64,000 nt of DNA from an uncultured Trueperaceae bacterium (GCA_963799485.1 CAWCXJ010000006.1:256001-320000); one strand, 5' to 3'. Positions 53,254-64,000 are shown, numbered from the stretch's first letter. Notes: generated by a model from the letters alone, not told the origin. Numbers and translations: made by a program.

Positions 53254-53939
53254 CAACACTTACGGGCCTCGAGTCCTTCCTCTCGGATTTTCTCCTGGCA
53301 GCTCAATTCGGTAACGACCAAAACGGCATCTACCGGGCGTCTGAGCGACCCGTTAAACGCTTAGGTGTGGCGCTCGAGCCCACGCCCGACATCCCCGACT
53401 GGATAGTACGAGAAAATCTGGACGCGCTCTTTTTGCACCGCCCCTGGAAGCTGGGCCGGATTCCCGAAGATATCGGTGTACTGGCGTACCACTACGCCTT
53501 CGACGAGCGTTTGACGACGGGTTTCAATCCGCTTTTGGCCGCCGCGCTCGGTTTGGCGCAGCTCGAGGTCTTGGGCGACAAAGACGGCAGGCCGCTGGGG
53601 ATGATCGGCGACGTGCCCGGCGCAGCTTTTACGGCGTTTCAGGCTCGGGTTGAGGCCGAGTTCGGGGGGCTCGAGGCCGTTTACGGCGCAAGTGCAGGTG
53701 ACGTGACGCGGGCGTGTGTGGTCGGGGCGATGCGTCCTGGGCTCGTGTATGAGGCTGCCGAACGGGGCGCGCAGGTCTATCTGACGGGTCAGTACCGCAC
53801 AGGTGCGGCAAAAGCTGTTGCTGAAACCGGGGTGAGTGTGCTCGCGCTCGGTCACGAACGCAGTGAAGTTTGGGGGCTTGGAAAACTGGCAGGGGTTTTA
53901 AGGGCAGAATTCGGGCTCGAGGTCATCTTGTACACCTGA
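53250..53939 (+). CDS. Nif3-like dinuclear metal centre protein
   Basis: FLHRPW, AYHYAFD, GHERSEVWG; TTG start overlaps the MFS stop. Confidence 0.8.
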   Translation: MTTLTGLESFLSDFLLAAQFGNDQNGIYRASERPVKRLGVALEPTPDIPDWIVRENLDALFLHRPWKLGRIPEDIGVLAYHYAFDERLTTGFNPLLAAALGLAQLEVLGDKDGRPLGMIGDVPGAAFTAFQARVEAEFGGLEAVYGASAGDVTRACVVGAMRPGLVYEAAERGAQVYLTGQYRTGAAKAVAETGVSVLALGHERSEVWGLGKLAGVLRAEFGLEVILYT

Positions 53940-53970
53940 ACGCAGTTTGCTGTGTGTTTGTACCCTCAGC

Positions 53971-55755
53971 TCAAACCATTTCAAACAGTGGCAGCTGCTT
54001 CATTCCCGGTACCGTCACCAACCCCTTGTCGGTAATCCGGATTTCCGGGATGACCGAGAGCGGAATCAGGTTAAAACCCATGTAAGGCAGGGTGCAGCCG
54101 AGTTCGGCCCAGGCTTTTTTGAGTTCGGCGGTCGCCTCGGCAACTTCGGGAGCGCGTCCGTCGGCTAAAAGTCCGGCAATCGGCAGCGGCACCGACGCCA
54201 ACACTTTCCCCGCACGCACGACGGCGACCCCGCCCCGGCTTTTACGGATGGTTTCGACTGCCAGCCGCATGTCCGCTTCACTTTTCCCCGCGACGATGAG
54301 GTTGTGCGCGTCGTGTCCGACGCTGCTCGCCACGGCGCCAGCGGTCAAGCCGAAGTCTTTGAGGAGTCCGTGGGCAACCTCGCCCGATTTACCGTGACGC
54401 TCCAGAATGCTGACGAAACAGAGGTTTGCGGCTTCAAAGTGAGCTTGCCAGCTTTCGCGCACGGGCAGGTCAACTTGTTCGTGAAACAAGGTGATGCCGG
54501 GGAGCGCGGCGCGGATGACGTTGGCGGTGCAAGGCTCTGTCGGCAGGTCGGGAATGAGCGTATACCTTTCGGGCAAGTGAACTGTTTCAAACGCGGCTTT
54601 CGGGTAGGTGTAGCGTTTAGACAACGCCTCATCGAGTTTTGGGGTGATTTTTTTGTCCTTGACGACCAGCTCGCCGCCGTACCAGGTGGACTGTGGCTCG
54701 AGCCCATCGTTCAGCAAGACAATATCCGCCCGCCGCCCGTGACCGAGTCCGCCCAAGTCGCCGTCCAGCCCGTAACGCGTCGCCGCGTGCAGCGAGCCCA
54801 TGCTCCACGCCAGCGCCGGTTTGAGCCCTGCTTTTACGGCCTCCCTCGCTACCCAGTCGAGGCCGAACATAAATAAATCATCGGCGTCGCGGTCGTCGGT
54901 GCAGAGGCAAACTCTTTTAGCACACGAATCGAGTTCCGTTACGGCTTTAACCGCTTCGGGCAGGCTGTGCCACGGCGTTGTGGGGGGGCCGCCCCGGAGG
55001 AAAATCCAGAGTCCGGCCTCGAGCAGTTCAACGGCAATCTCCCGGTCTATCGCCTCGTGCGTATCGGTCACGCCGCTCGCGGCGTACGCCGCCACGAACT
55101 CGCGCCCGTACACGTGCCCGGAAACGGGTTTACCGCGTTCCAAAGCTGCCCGGATAATCGCGTGACTGCGCGGGTCGCCCTGCGCGACCTGCACAAAATC
55201 CATCTTCTCGCCGAGCGCCGCCGCTTCGGGCCAGGCGTCGAACAGTGCGCCGATTTTCTCCGCCGTAAGGTCGCCGCCCGCCGTTTCAAAGGTCGGTGAC
55301 GTTGCCGGAACCGTACTCGGTACCGTCAAAAAGACGTTGAGCGCAGCTTGGCGGGCGTCTTCGAGCATCCACTCGATACCTCCGGCGTCGCAGACGTTGC
55401 CGATTTCGTGCGAGTCGCAAAAGATGGTCGTGGTGCCGTTGAGTAAGGCGGCTTCGGCGTAAGCACACGCCGTCATCATGCTCGATTCGATGTGGATGTG
55501 CGGGTCAACCAAACCGGGCGCAAGGATGCCAGCTTGCACGTCGTAAGTCGGCGCGTTTACGGCGGCTCCAGCGGGTTTTACGGCGGCGATACGGCCCCCG
55601 GAGAGCCACACTTCGCGGCCCTCTAAAATACGCTCGGTGTAGGCCGACAAGATGCGGGCGTTCGTCAGAACCAAATCGGGAGCTTGTCGCCCGGACGCAA
55701 CCGAGGCCAACTGAGCGGTCATCTCCGCGAGCGGTTTGACCGAAAAGCGGTTCAA
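53971..55755 (-). CDS. ade: Adenine deaminase
   Basis: [50 protein letters not shown] start at 55755 after SD GGAGG. Confidence 0.88.
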   Translation of the reverse strand: MNRFSVKPLAEMTAQLASVASGRQAPDLVLTNARILSAYTERILEGREVWLSGGRIAAVKPAGAAVNAPTYDVQAGILAPGLVDPHIHIESSMMTACAYAEAALLNGTTTIFCDSHEIGNVCDAGGIEWMLEDARQAALNVFLTVPSTVPATSPTFETAGGDLTAEKIGALFDAWPEAAALGEKMDFVQVAQGDPRSHAIIRAALERGKPVSGHVYGREFVAAYAASGVTDTHEAIDREIAVELLEAGLWIFLRGGPPTTPWHSLPEAVKAVTELDSCAKRVCLCTDDRDADDLFMFGLDWVAREAVKAGLKPALAWSMGSLHAATRYGLDGDLGGLGHGRRADIVLLNDGLEPQSTWYGGELVVKDKKITPKLDEALSKRYTYPKAAFETVHLPERYTLIPDLPTEPCTANVIRAALPGITLFHEQVDLPVRESWQAHFEAANLCFVSILERHGKSGEVAHGLLKDFGLTAGAVASSVGHDAHNLIVAGKSEADMRLAVETIRKSRGGVAVVRAGKVLASVPLPIAGLLADGRAPEVAEATAELKKAWAELGCTLPYMGFNLIPLSVIPEIRITDKGLVTVPGMKQLPLFEMV

Positions 55756-55850
55756 GGCAACCTCCGGCGTGTCGGGCCGGGCGTCAAGACCGTAAACTGA
55801 AGTTGAGTCACGCGTAAACCTCCCGGTGCAGCGCAGCAGTTCGGCGCGCA

Positions 55851-56816
55851 CTACCCAATCTTAAAGGAACTGCCGTAGGGGTCGGCGGGGGTGGGATTTA
55901 CGGCGTCGCGGACAAGTTCGTCGGTCGGCTCGAGTTGGTAGACTTCCAGCTTTTCGGAACCGAGCAGGGCGTCAACCAGCCGTTGTGAACCTGAAATATA
56001 GGTCGTGTTGAGGTCAATTTCGGTGTGGACGCACCAGGCGCGGTCTTGGGGCCACCAGAGGTTGGCGCTTTGCTCAAGAGGCGGAAAGTCGAAAGGCGGC
56101 AGGTTTCTAAGCGCCTCTCTAATCTCTTCGGGCGTAGGGTGCTCGGTTCCGGTGAAAATTAAGACGCCTACACCGCTCGACTGGGCAGGCTCGGGCTCTT
56201 GCTGAAAAACTCCCCCTGCTTCTTCCTCATCAAGCATCACCATAAAGCCGCCGCCCACATCGGCAGGACTTGCGCCTGTGTAAAAACTCTGTTCAACCGT
56301 CTGCAAGGGTGCGCTAAAAAGGTAAAAGCGCCGGTCGGGAATCTCTAACGCGGGCGCTTCGTGGATGAACTTCGGCAAGCCGCCGAAACCCTCCCAGACC
56401 GCGAAAAAGCATTCGTTGGGTGTGCCTGTGTGCTGCCCGAGAAGGGGCCATAAGGCTTGGGTCAGCTCGAGCGGCAGACTTCCTCCCAGCGGAGCCCTGA
56501 TATAAACGTTCCCGGCTTTAAGCGCGGTGTAATCGTAAAGTTCCGGATGCGGCCCTTGAATACTTGCCCACTGCATCAGTTTGTGAGGTGTGCGCCCGGT
56601 CAGCTCGGCAACGTCAGCCCAGCGTAAAAGTTCAGAAGTAGACGACTGGTCTGCGTCAGCGGTACAAGTGACTTTCTCTGCCGGATGAAACACCCGTGCA
56701 TACGCCTCAAATCCGCTCGGAACGAGTGAGGCGACGTTTACGGCGAAATCCGTCAGCCGCTCGAGCAGCCAGTCAGCCGGTTCAGCGTTGGGGGCAGGGG
56801 TAAAAGGACGGGCCAC
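55851..56816 (-). CDS. Conserved hypothetical protein
   Basis: Long in-operon [18 protein letters not shown]...FAVWEGFG...[15 protein letters not shown]; function unknown. Confidence 0.7.
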   Translation of the reverse strand: MARPFTPAPNAEPADWLLERLTDFAVNVASLVPSGFEAYARVFHPAEKVTCTADADQSSTSELLRWADVAELTGRTPHKLMQWASIQGPHPELYDYTALKAGNVYIRAPLGGSLPLELTQALWPLLGQHTGTPNECFFAVWEGFGGLPKFIHEAPALEIPDRRFYLFSAPLQTVEQSFYTGASPADVGGGFMVMLDEEEAGGVFQQEPEPAQSSGVGVLIFTGTEHPTPEEIREALRNLPPFDFPPLEQSANLWWPQDRAWCVHTEIDLNTTYISGSQRLVDALLGSEKLEVYQLEPTDELVRDAVNPTPADPYGSSFKIG

Positions 56817-56818
56817 GC

Positions 56819-58138
56819 CTACACCCGGACGCGTTTGCCGCCGTCTTTAGAACGCGACTTCCAAATCAGGCGTATCGGCACCTCGGCAAAGCCCAAATCC
56901 TCACGGATACGGTTCAAAATGTACTGCTCATACGGGCGCGTGACGAAGTTTTCGTTGTTCACCGAAATCACAAAGGTCGGCGGCGCAACGTCGGCTTGCG
57001 TGCCGTAAAGCATCTTGAGCGGCTTGCCCCGAAAGTTCGGCGGCGACTGCCGGAGCGACCAGACGTCTAACCAGTTGTTCACGTCGCTCGTCGAGATGCG
57101 GAAGCGGGCGGTGTCGTATACGCGAATCACGGCGGCTAAAAGGTCGTGCAAACCGTAATCGTTCACGGCGCTCGTATAGACTTTGGGCGCAAACGAGATG
57201 TGACCGAGTTCTTGGGCAATATCTTTTTCAAACTCTTGCAGGGTCTCATCCGGCACCAAATCCCACTTGTTGATGGTCAGGACAACCGGTTTTCCGGCGT
57301 GCAGCGCGAGGTTGGCGAGCCGCAGTTCGTGGTCGCCGAGTTCAAAGGGGTCAACGACCAACACCGCAACGTCGGCGCGCATCAGGGCTTCTTCGCTGCG
57401 AAGTTTTGAATAATACTCTACGTCCCCGTCGGGTTTACGGCGGATTCCGGCGGTGTCTACCAGCACAAAAAGCCGCCCGCCGAAGTCAAATTTGACGTCT
57501 ACGCTGTCCCTCGTTGTTCCCGGCAGGTCGGCGACAATCACCCGTTCGTCGCCGACGAGCGCGTTTAGGAGGCTCGACTTACCGACGTTGGGCCGTCCGA
57601 TAATCGCCACGCGCACCTCTTCGGGTTCGGCTTCGTCGGCGTCTGCGGGCAGGCGTTCAAAGATGAGGTCACTCAGTTCATAGGTGCCGCGCGCATGTTC
57701 TGCTGAAACGAAGTGCGGTTCACCAAACCCGAGGGCGTAAAGTTCGTACAGTTCAGGGTCTTCCTCGTGGCGTTCGTCGTCCATCTTGGTGGCAACCAAG
57801 AGCGTCGGTTTGTCTAACGCTCGCAGCCAGTCGGCGATCTCAAAGTCGGCGGCGCTTAAAGGCGTGCGCCCGTCAACGCAAAAAAGGATCAGGTCAACGT
57901 CGCGCAGGGCGAGTTCGATGCGGCCCTTGATGGCAGCTTCCCACTCGTCGTTCGACCACAAGCCGCCGGTATCCAGTAAGGAAAAGCTGCGGCCCAGGTC
58001 GTCTTCGACTCTCGCTTCTTTGACGTCTCGAGTGACGCCCGGCATATCGGCGACGATAGCTTCACGTCGCCCGACAAGGCGGTTAAAGAGGCTCGATTTA
58101 CCCACGTTGGGCCGTCCGACAATCGCCACTCTAGCCAT
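56819..58138 (-). CDS. der: Ribosome biogenesis GTPase Der (EngA)
   Basis: Two GRPNVGKS G-domains, DTAG, NKWD. Confidence 0.96.
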   Translation of the reverse strand: MARVAIVGRPNVGKSSLFNRLVGRREAIVADMPGVTRDVKEARVEDDLGRSFSLLDTGGLWSNDEWEAAIKGRIELALRDVDLILFCVDGRTPLSAADFEIADWLRALDKPTLLVATKMDDERHEEDPELYELYALGFGEPHFVSAEHARGTYELSDLIFERLPADADEAEPEEVRVAIIGRPNVGKSSLLNALVGDERVIVADLPGTTRDSVDVKFDFGGRLFVLVDTAGIRRKPDGDVEYYSKLRSEEALMRADVAVLVVDPFELGDHELRLANLALHAGKPVVLTINKWDLVPDETLQEFEKDIAQELGHISFAPKVYTSAVNDYGLHDLLAAVIRVYDTARFRISTSDVNNWLDVWSLRQSPPNFRGKPLKMLYGTQADVAPPTFVISVNNENFVTRPYEQYILNRIREDLGFAEVPIRLIWKSRSKDGGKRVRV

Positions 58139-59072
58139 GTGCTTCTCCTAAACGTGCGCCGACACGGACGCCGTACCCGTTCGCCCAGTCGTAAGCGGGC
58201 ATCTTCGGTTTTCCGGCGGGTTGGACGGTTCTGAGCAGCACCGCGCCCTCGGCGCATTTTACGGTGACACCTTCGGGCGCGAGAGCGGCGACTTCGCCGG
58301 GTTCGCCGCTCATACTCGTTTTTACGGCGCTGAGCTGAGAAACCTTGAGCGTTTTGCCGTGATGCGCCGTAAAACTTCCGGGCCACGCGTAGACGCCCCG
58401 GTAACGGTTGTAAATCTGCGCGGCGGGTTCGTTCCAGCGGATGCGTCCGTCGTCTTTGGAAAGCATTGAGGCGTGCGTTGCTTCAGCGTCGTCTTGCGGA
58501 CAGCTCGGCAGCTCGCCGTGTTCTAACTTCTCGAGGGCGTCGGTCAAAGCTTCAGCACCTAATATCGAAAGCTTGTCGAACAACGTCGGTGCGGTGTCGT
58601 CCGGGTTTACGGCGAGCCGCCGCAAAAGCCGCACCGGGCCGGTATCGAGCCCGGCTTCGGTCTGCATGATGCTGACGCCCGTTTCCGTTTCACCGTTGAT
58701 GAGCGCCCACTGAATCGGCGCAGCGCCGCGATATTTAGGGAGCAGGCTGGCGTGAACGTTCAAAAAGCCGTGTTTGGGAATGTCGAGCAAGGTTTGCGGC
58801 AAGATTTTGCCGTAGGCGGCGGTGACGGCGACGTCTAACTCGAGGTCTCGCATCAGCTCGAGAAACCCTTCGTTGCGCCTTAGGCGTCCGGGTTGCTCGA
58901 GCCTCACCCCCAGCTCTCTTGCCCGCGCCGCAACCGGCGGCGCGGTTAATTTATTGCCGCGCCCGGCGGGTTTGTCGGGTTGAGCGACGACCAAAACGAC
59001 CTCGTGACGTTCTCGTAAAGCGCCCAGCACCGGCAGCGCAAACGTCGGGGAGCCGAACAGCGCGGCGCGCAT
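58131..59072 (-). CDS. fmt: Methionyl-tRNA formyltransferase
   Basis: QPDKPAGRG, NVHASLLPKYRGAAPIQ, LDTG. Confidence 0.96.
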   Translation of the reverse strand: MRAALFGSPTFALPVLGALRERHEVVLVVAQPDKPAGRGNKLTAPPVAARARELGVRLEQPGRLRRNEGFLELMRDLELDVAVTAAYGKILPQTLLDIPKHGFLNVHASLLPKYRGAAPIQWALINGETETGVSIMQTEAGLDTGPVRLLRRLAVNPDDTAPTLFDKLSILGAEALTDALEKLEHGELPSCPQDDAEATHASMLSKDDGRIRWNEPAAQIYNRYRGVYAWPGSFTAHHGKTLKVSQLSAVKTSMSGEPGEVAALAPEGVTVKCAEGAVLLRTVQPAGKPKMPAYDWANGYGVRVGARLGEAHG

Positions 59073-59689
59073 CAGCTCGCCTGCTTGGTTTTAAGCTCTT
59101 TGAGGTAGCCTTTGGCTTCACGTTGCAACTCTGCAAGCTCTTTACGGTGCAGCTCTAAAAACTCGCGTTTGTCGGCTTCGGGCAAGCGGTCGAAAAAGAG
59201 CACGCCGTCTAGGTGGTCGAGTTCGTGCTGGATGACGTGAGCGAAATGGCCTTCGGCGTCGCGTTCATGCTTTTTGCCCGATACGTCTTGGTACCTTACC
59301 CGGACGCTCTGGTCGCGTTTCATGTCTTCAACAAAGATTCCGGGTAGGCTCAAACAACCGTCGGTGCCGTACTGCACGCCGTTCCGGGCGATAATTTTGG
59401 GGTTGACCATGACGTGTTCGGCCCGGACGCCCCACTTTTCGCGTTTTTCACTACTCGTCATCACTTCGCCCTCTAGCTCTTCTTCCGCTTCTTGTTCGGC
59501 CAGCTCGAGCGCCACGAACACCCGTTCTGAGAGGCCGATTTGCGGCGCAGCCAGGCCGACGCCGCTGGCGTCATACATCGTTTCCAGCATGTCTTTAGCA
59601 AGAGCCGCCAGTTTGTCGTCAAACGCCGTCACGGGTTTGGCGCGCCGCCGCAACACCGGGTCTCCGTAGTAACGAACCTTGTAAATCAC
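59072..59689 (-). CDS. def: Peptide deformylase
   Basis: GVGLAAPQIG, DGCLS, QHELDHLDG. Confidence 0.96.
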   Translation of the reverse strand: MIYKVRYYGDPVLRRRAKPVTAFDDKLAALAKDMLETMYDASGVGLAAPQIGLSERVFVALELAEQEAEEELEGEVMTSSEKREKWGVRAEHVMVNPKIIARNGVQYGTDGCLSLPGIFVEDMKRDQSVRVRYQDVSGKKHERDAEGHFAHVIQHELDHLDGVLFFDRLPEADKREFLELHRKELAELQREAKGYLKELKTKQAS

Positions 59690-59712
59690 CGTTTCTCCCT
59701 AATGAGGCTCTG

Positions 59713-60684
59713 CTAGCGGGGCGTGCGGACGTTAAGCTCGAGCTGCGGCGCGTCTAGCGCCGTTACCCCGTCCGGCAGCGCCAGAGTCAAGCCTAAAGTA
59801 TACCGCCCCGGTTCCAGTTCGGGCGTTTCGGGGAGTGTTCCCGTCACCGCTGCCAGCTCCCGTAAAACAGCTTCAGGGCCGACGACGGTCACATTAGCTT
59901 GGCTTGGCTTGGCTGAGACGACCTCGAGCCCGGAAACCGTGACAGGCGAGAGCTCGAGCGGCAACACGCGCGTTGAGAGCACAGCCCGAGACTCGGCTGT
60001 TACGCTGACCTCTGCGGGTATCACGGAAACGCCCGCGACCGGCTCACCCTGTGCGTCGGCAGCGTAGACACCGGCGCTAGTGTTCGCGCCCTCAGTAGCA
60101 AGGTCGTAGGGAGCCAGCACCTGCGTGACACGTTCTAGTTGCGCTTCAGCGCCCGCTACCGCGACGGTTGCAGGGTCGGGGCGCGTTTCCAGCACCGTGT
60201 CTGCTGCGGGCGTACCGAGTGTCACAACTTGTACGGGTACTTCCTTTTGCACGCGCGTCTCGACGCTGCCGATAATATCGCTCGGGTTGACCCGCACCAC
60301 CGTGATGCCTTGCGGCGGAAAAACCCGCACATCCCTTTCAAACTCGCCGTTGACGCCGCGCAGGTTTAATACCACGTCGACGCCGTCGGGGTTAAGCGCG
60401 CTGAGACGGCTCGAGGGTCCCGAAAGCCGCACCGTGACGCGTTCCGGCAGCTCGAGTACCGTCTGATTTTCAGCCAGACCTTCGGTGTGCAGGGGTGCGC
60501 GCAGTGTCCGCTGGGCCAAGAGCGCGTCGTCGGTACCGACAAAAAACCAGAAGATCGTCGCCAAAAGGAGCGCGCCGAGTTTGAGCGGCAATTTGTGTAA
60601 CAGCTGCCCCCACAACCTTACCCCTATTTCTTGGAGGGACTCGAGTACCCCTTGTCTTGCAGGTTCACCGCCCTTACCGCTCAT
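59713..60684 (-). CDS. cdaR: CdaR/YbbR-like diadenylate cyclase regulator
   Basis: Single TM (KLGALLLATIFWFFV) and repeated P..VTV.GP domains; follows cdaA. Confidence 0.82.
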   Translation of the reverse strand: MSGKGGEPARQGVLESLQEIGVRLWGQLLHKLPLKLGALLLATIFWFFVGTDDALLAQRTLRAPLHTEGLAENQTVLELPERVTVRLSGPSSRLSALNPDGVDVVLNLRGVNGEFERDVRVFPPQGITVVRVNPSDIIGSVETRVQKEVPVQVVTLGTPAADTVLETRPDPATVAVAGAEAQLERVTQVLAPYDLATEGANTSAGVYAADAQGEPVAGVSVIPAEVSVTAESRAVLSTRVLPLELSPVTVSGLEVVSAKPSQANVTVVGPEAVLRELAAVTGTLPETPELEPGRYTLGLTLALPDGVTALDAPQLELNVRTPR

Positions 60685-61408
60685 ACGCCTCCCGCAACGC
60701 CCGCAGCACCTCGGCTGGCGCGATGTCGCCTCGCAGCACGCCGTTTTTCGTGTACGAAACCGTGCCCCGTTCCTCACTCACGACGAGAACCAGGGCGTCG
60801 GTGACTTCGGCTAGACCGAGCGCCGCCCGGTGCCGTGTGCCGTGTTTGGCAGCGAGCCCCTCGAGGCTCTCCGAGAGCGGAAACACCGCGCCCGCATAGG
60901 TGATGGTGTCGTCTTTAATCAGTACCGCACCGTCGTGCAAGGGGCCACGTGAATCGAAAATGGTCTGCAAGAGCGCCGCCGACACCGGCGAATTGAGTCT
61001 TGACCCGACCGCGCCGTACTCGGCGAGCGGCACTTTTTGCTCGATGGCAATGAGCGCTCCTTTGCGCTGCGCCGCCAACTCACGTACCGCACTCATAATT
61101 TCAGGTACCGGGTCTTGCCCGACCGGACGTACCCCGCGCCCCTGTCCGACCCGTTCCAAGGCGGCCCGCAGCTCCGGCTGAAACACCACCACGACCGCAA
61201 AGAGTGCAACCGGCGCGGCGTAGTTAAAAATCCAGCGGGTCGCCTCTAAGTTGAGCCGGGTCGCCAAAAGCCATAGCAGCAGCAAAAAGGCAAACCCGCG
61301 CAGCACGTTCCACGCCCGCGAATCGACAAAAAGCTTGTATCCCTGATAGATCACGCCTGTGATAATCAGGATATCGAGTATATCGAGTAAACTCACTCCA
61401 ACCGGCAA
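60674..61408 (-). CDS. cdaA: Diadenylate cyclase
   Basis: VVFQPELRAALE, PLHDGA, GTRHRAA, VSEERG. Confidence 0.93.
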   Translation of the reverse strand: MPVGVSLLDILDILIITGVIYQGYKLFVDSRAWNVLRGFAFLLLLWLLATRLNLEATRWIFNYAAPVALFAVVVVFQPELRAALERVGQGRGVRPVGQDPVPEIMSAVRELAAQRKGALIAIEQKVPLAEYGAVGSRLNSPVSAALLQTIFDSRGPLHDGAVLIKDDTITYAGAVFPLSESLEGLAAKHGTRHRAALGLAEVTDALVLVVSEERGTVSYTKNGVLRGDIAPAEVLRALREAYER

Positions 61409-61625
61409 ACGTCTACCATCCCTACACCACGCTTATTACCTAACGCACTATCTTTACACACACTTTTGAGCTTTAGCTGAAAAACGCACGTGCAGGCGAC
61501 TTCACGGTAACATACGTATTAAAGAGTGCGTGACGCAAAAACGCAGTAGCAGTGCAGTAGAAACGCAATAGAAACTTAGCAGAGCCGCCGCAAAACTGCC
61601 GCACGCCGAAGGCGAAAGGAACATC

Positions 61626-62730
61626 ATGAACGAACAGACCAGCAACGACCAAAAAGAGCAACTTCACGCCCTCCGGGGGTATCTTTGATGTCGCGGGCAA
61701 AGAAGCGCGGCTAGCGGAAATTGCGCCTCAACTCAACGACCCGAACCTCTGGAACGATCCCGACGGCGCGCGCGCGGTCACACAAGAGGCTGCCAGGCTG
61801 GGCCGCATCCTTACGACCTACCGGCGTTTGGAAGGTGACATCACCGGGTTGGCCGAGCTGTTAGAAGGCGCTTCGGAAGAAGATATACGTGAGCTCGAGG
61901 GCGAACGAGGGAGCATCCAAAAAGACCTCGACGCCTTGTACCGTGAAACGCTCTTTTCGGGTCGTCACGACGAGAGCGCCGCGATTTTGACCATCAAACC
62001 AGGCGCAGGCGGCACCGAATCGTCCGACTGGGCCGGGATGCTCTGGCGAATGTACCGCCGCTACGCCGAACGTCAGGGGATGAACGTCGAACTTTTGGAC
62101 GCCGTCGGCAGCGACTCGGCCCCGAACGGTATCGATTACGCACAGCTGATCGTGCGCGGTGAACGCGCTTACGGACTTTTACAGGTCGAATCGGGCGTTC
62201 ACCGGCTCGTGCGGGTGTCGCCTTTCGACGCGCAAAACCGCCGCCACACCTCGTTCGCTTCGGTCGAGGTGATGCCGGAAATTGCCGACGACGTAGACGT
62301 GCGCATCGATCCGAAAGATGTGCGCGTCGATGTGTACCGCTCTTCCGGCCCCGGCGGGCAGTCGGTCAACACCACCGACTCGGCGGTGCGGGTCGTCTAC
62401 AAGCAGGGCACTTCTGATGAGATCGTGGTGACGTGTCAGGACGGTAAATCGCAGCTCAAAAACCGCGAAAAGGCGATGACCGTGCTTAAATCGCGGCTCT
62501 TCGAACGCGAGGAGCGCCGCCGCCGCGACGAGCAGACCGCCGCGCGCGGTGAGCAAAAAGCCATCGAGTGGGGCTCGCAGATTCGCTCGTATGTGCTCGA
62601 CAAACAGTACGTTAAAGACCACCGTTCGGGTACGATGCGCTTTGATCCGGACAATATCTTGGACGGCGACATCGAAGGGCTGGTGTGGTCGGGGCTCGAG
62701 TGGAACGCGCAGCAACGCGCTGAAATGTAG
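61626..62730 (+). CDS. prfB: Peptide chain release factor 2 with programmed +1 frameshift
   Basis: MNEQTSNDQKEQLHALRGYL, then CTT TGA T at 61683-61689; the +1 frame DVAGKE... continues into SPF and GGQ motifs. Confidence 0.96.
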
Positions 62731-62816
62731 GGTTTTTGGGCGAATCTCGCGCGTATCTCGAGTTTAACAAGGTCGTGAGCTACATTCTCTCGACTTTTGC
62801 GGTAAAGTAGTCTCTT

Positions 62817-63455
62817 GTGCGTATCCTAGCTATCGCCGACGAAGTTTCGCCGTTTGTCTATTCGGAGAATTTTCCCAAAAACCTCCCGCCGTTCGACCTG
62901 GTGCTCTCCGCCGGGGATATGCCGGGGCACGTATTAGAGTTTATCGCCACACGCTTAATCAAAACCCAACCGGTCTATGTCGTGGGCAACCACCACGAAG
63001 AGTATCTGCGGCGTGACGACCCGGAAACCGCGCAACTCGTGCAGCTTCCGGGCGGCTGCCTGAACGCGCACGGGCGGGTGCTCGAGGTCGGTGGTGTGCT
63101 CATCGCCGGGGTCGAAGGTAGCCCGCGCTATAGCCCCGGCACCCATCAGTACAGCGAGTGGCAGATGTGCGCCATCACCCGCAAAATGACCCCGCGCCTC
63201 TTATACAACCGTGCCCGTTACGGGCGCGCCGTCGATGTTCTACTCACGCACGCCGCGCCCAAAGGCCCCCACGAAGGCGCGGACTACCCGCACCGGGGCG
63301 TCGGCGCGTTCAACTGTTTTGCCCAGCGCTGGAAACCTAAAGTGCATATCCACGGTCACGTTCATCTCAACGGGGCCAACGCGCCGCGCGAATACGTGAC
63401 CGATTCGGGCGTCCGGGTGGTCAACGCCTTTGGTTTTACGGTGCTCGAGCTGTAA
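62817..63455 (+). CDS. Metallophosphoesterase
   Basis: AIAD, AGD, GNH, THAAP, HGHVH. Confidence 0.88.
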   Translation: MRILAIADEVSPFVYSENFPKNLPPFDLVLSAGDMPGHVLEFIATRLIKTQPVYVVGNHHEEYLRRDDPETAQLVQLPGGCLNAHGRVLEVGGVLIAGVEGSPRYSPGTHQYSEWQMCAITRKMTPRLLYNRARYGRAVDVLLTHAAPKGPHEGADYPHRGVGAFNCFAQRWKPKVHIHGHVHLNGANAPREYVTDSGVRVVNAFGFTVLEL

Positions 63456-63592
63456 AATGCGCCGCCAAAGGTCTTGAGCGGTGCAGCTTATTATCAAACG
63501 ACAACTTTGCGAGTTGGCAAGCGTCCTCCGGGAAGAACCTCGAGTCAACCGAAACTTGTCCGGCTAGCAACGTGCTCTGCCCGGCTCGGTGG

Positions 63593-64000
63593 CTAGTGAG
63601 CGAGGGCAGCGTCCAGCAGCGCCTTGGTGTAACTGTGCTGCGGCTCGCTAAAGATAGTCGCGGCGGCACCCGCCGCGAGCACCACCCCGTCTTTCATTAC
63701 CAAAATGTCGTTGGCGAGCGCCCGCACGACGCGCAAATCGTGACTGATAAACACGTAGGCGAGGTGGTGTTGGCGCTGCAAGTCGCGGAGCAAATCGACG
63801 ACCTGCGCCTGCACCGTCCAGTCGAGTGCGCTGGTGGGTTCATCCAGGATAATCAGGCGGGGTTTTAAGACGACGGCCCGGGCAATCGCCAAACGCTGCT
63901 TTGCCCGCCCGAAAACTCGTGCGGGTAGCGGTCCATGGTGCGGGGCTCGAGCCCGACTTCCCGCAAAACCTGTGCCACCCGTTCTCGCCGCGCCGCGTAG
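63593..64000 (-). CDS. Peptide ABC transporter ATP-binding protein (YejF/OppF-like), 3' part, frameshifted at about 63901
   Basis: [12 protein letters not shown] / [34 protein letters not shown]. Confidence 0.88.
   Translation of the reverse strand, partial: LRGAARTGGTGFAGSRARAPHHGPLPARVFGRAKQRLAIARAVVLKPRLIILDEPTSALDWTVQAQVVDLLRDLQRQHHLAYVFISHDLRVVRALANDILVMKDGVVLAAGAAATIFSEPQHSYTKALLDAALAH

Noticed and set aside
53971..55755. Ade acting as aminofutalosine deaminase for the neighbouring mqn genes
   Set aside because: It is on the opposite strand in another operon and has the classical two-domain adenine deaminase architecture.
55756..55850. Purine or ZTP riboswitch upstream of ade
   Set aside because: Conserved cores could not be matched; an Rfam cmscan would settle it.
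63900..63902. Frameshift inside the ABC signature (SGGQ/KQR)
   Set aside because: One missing base in a short homopolymer; probably an assembly error.

Overview
A GC-rich bacterial chromosomal segment, most likely Deinococcota (Truepera-like). This is inferred from the helicase-degenerate PriA, futalosine-pathway mqnE/mqnA, a DUF4384-PEGA envelope protein, the cdaA-cdaR-def-fmt order and pervasive leaderless promoters. Most of it is housekeeping: fumC, rnpB, ligA, luxS, a two-component system, purM, priA, glf, mqnE/mqnA, ade, der, fmt, def, cdaR/cdaA and frameshifted prfB. Transporters and scattered polysaccharide genes lie between these. The one clear accessory region (about 16.1-20.2 kb) is a toxin-antitoxin pile-up: two MNT-HEPN pairs, hicBA, and orphan DUF2281 and hicB genes. 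These flank the two ends of a type ISP restriction-modification gene whose middle has been replaced by an AT-richer, oppositely oriented lipoprotein gene. Non-coding structure includes a heptamer-repeat hairpin family that supplies stop codons to unrelated genes, a 14-bp tandem array, 11-bp phased arrays upstream of envelope/export genes, two divergent leaderless promoter pairs of identical geometry, and CTCGAG over-representation. Three single-base frameshifts look like sequencing errors. No CRISPR array, tRNA, rRNA, integrase or transposase was seen. All family assignments come from motif recognition by eye; no database search was run.
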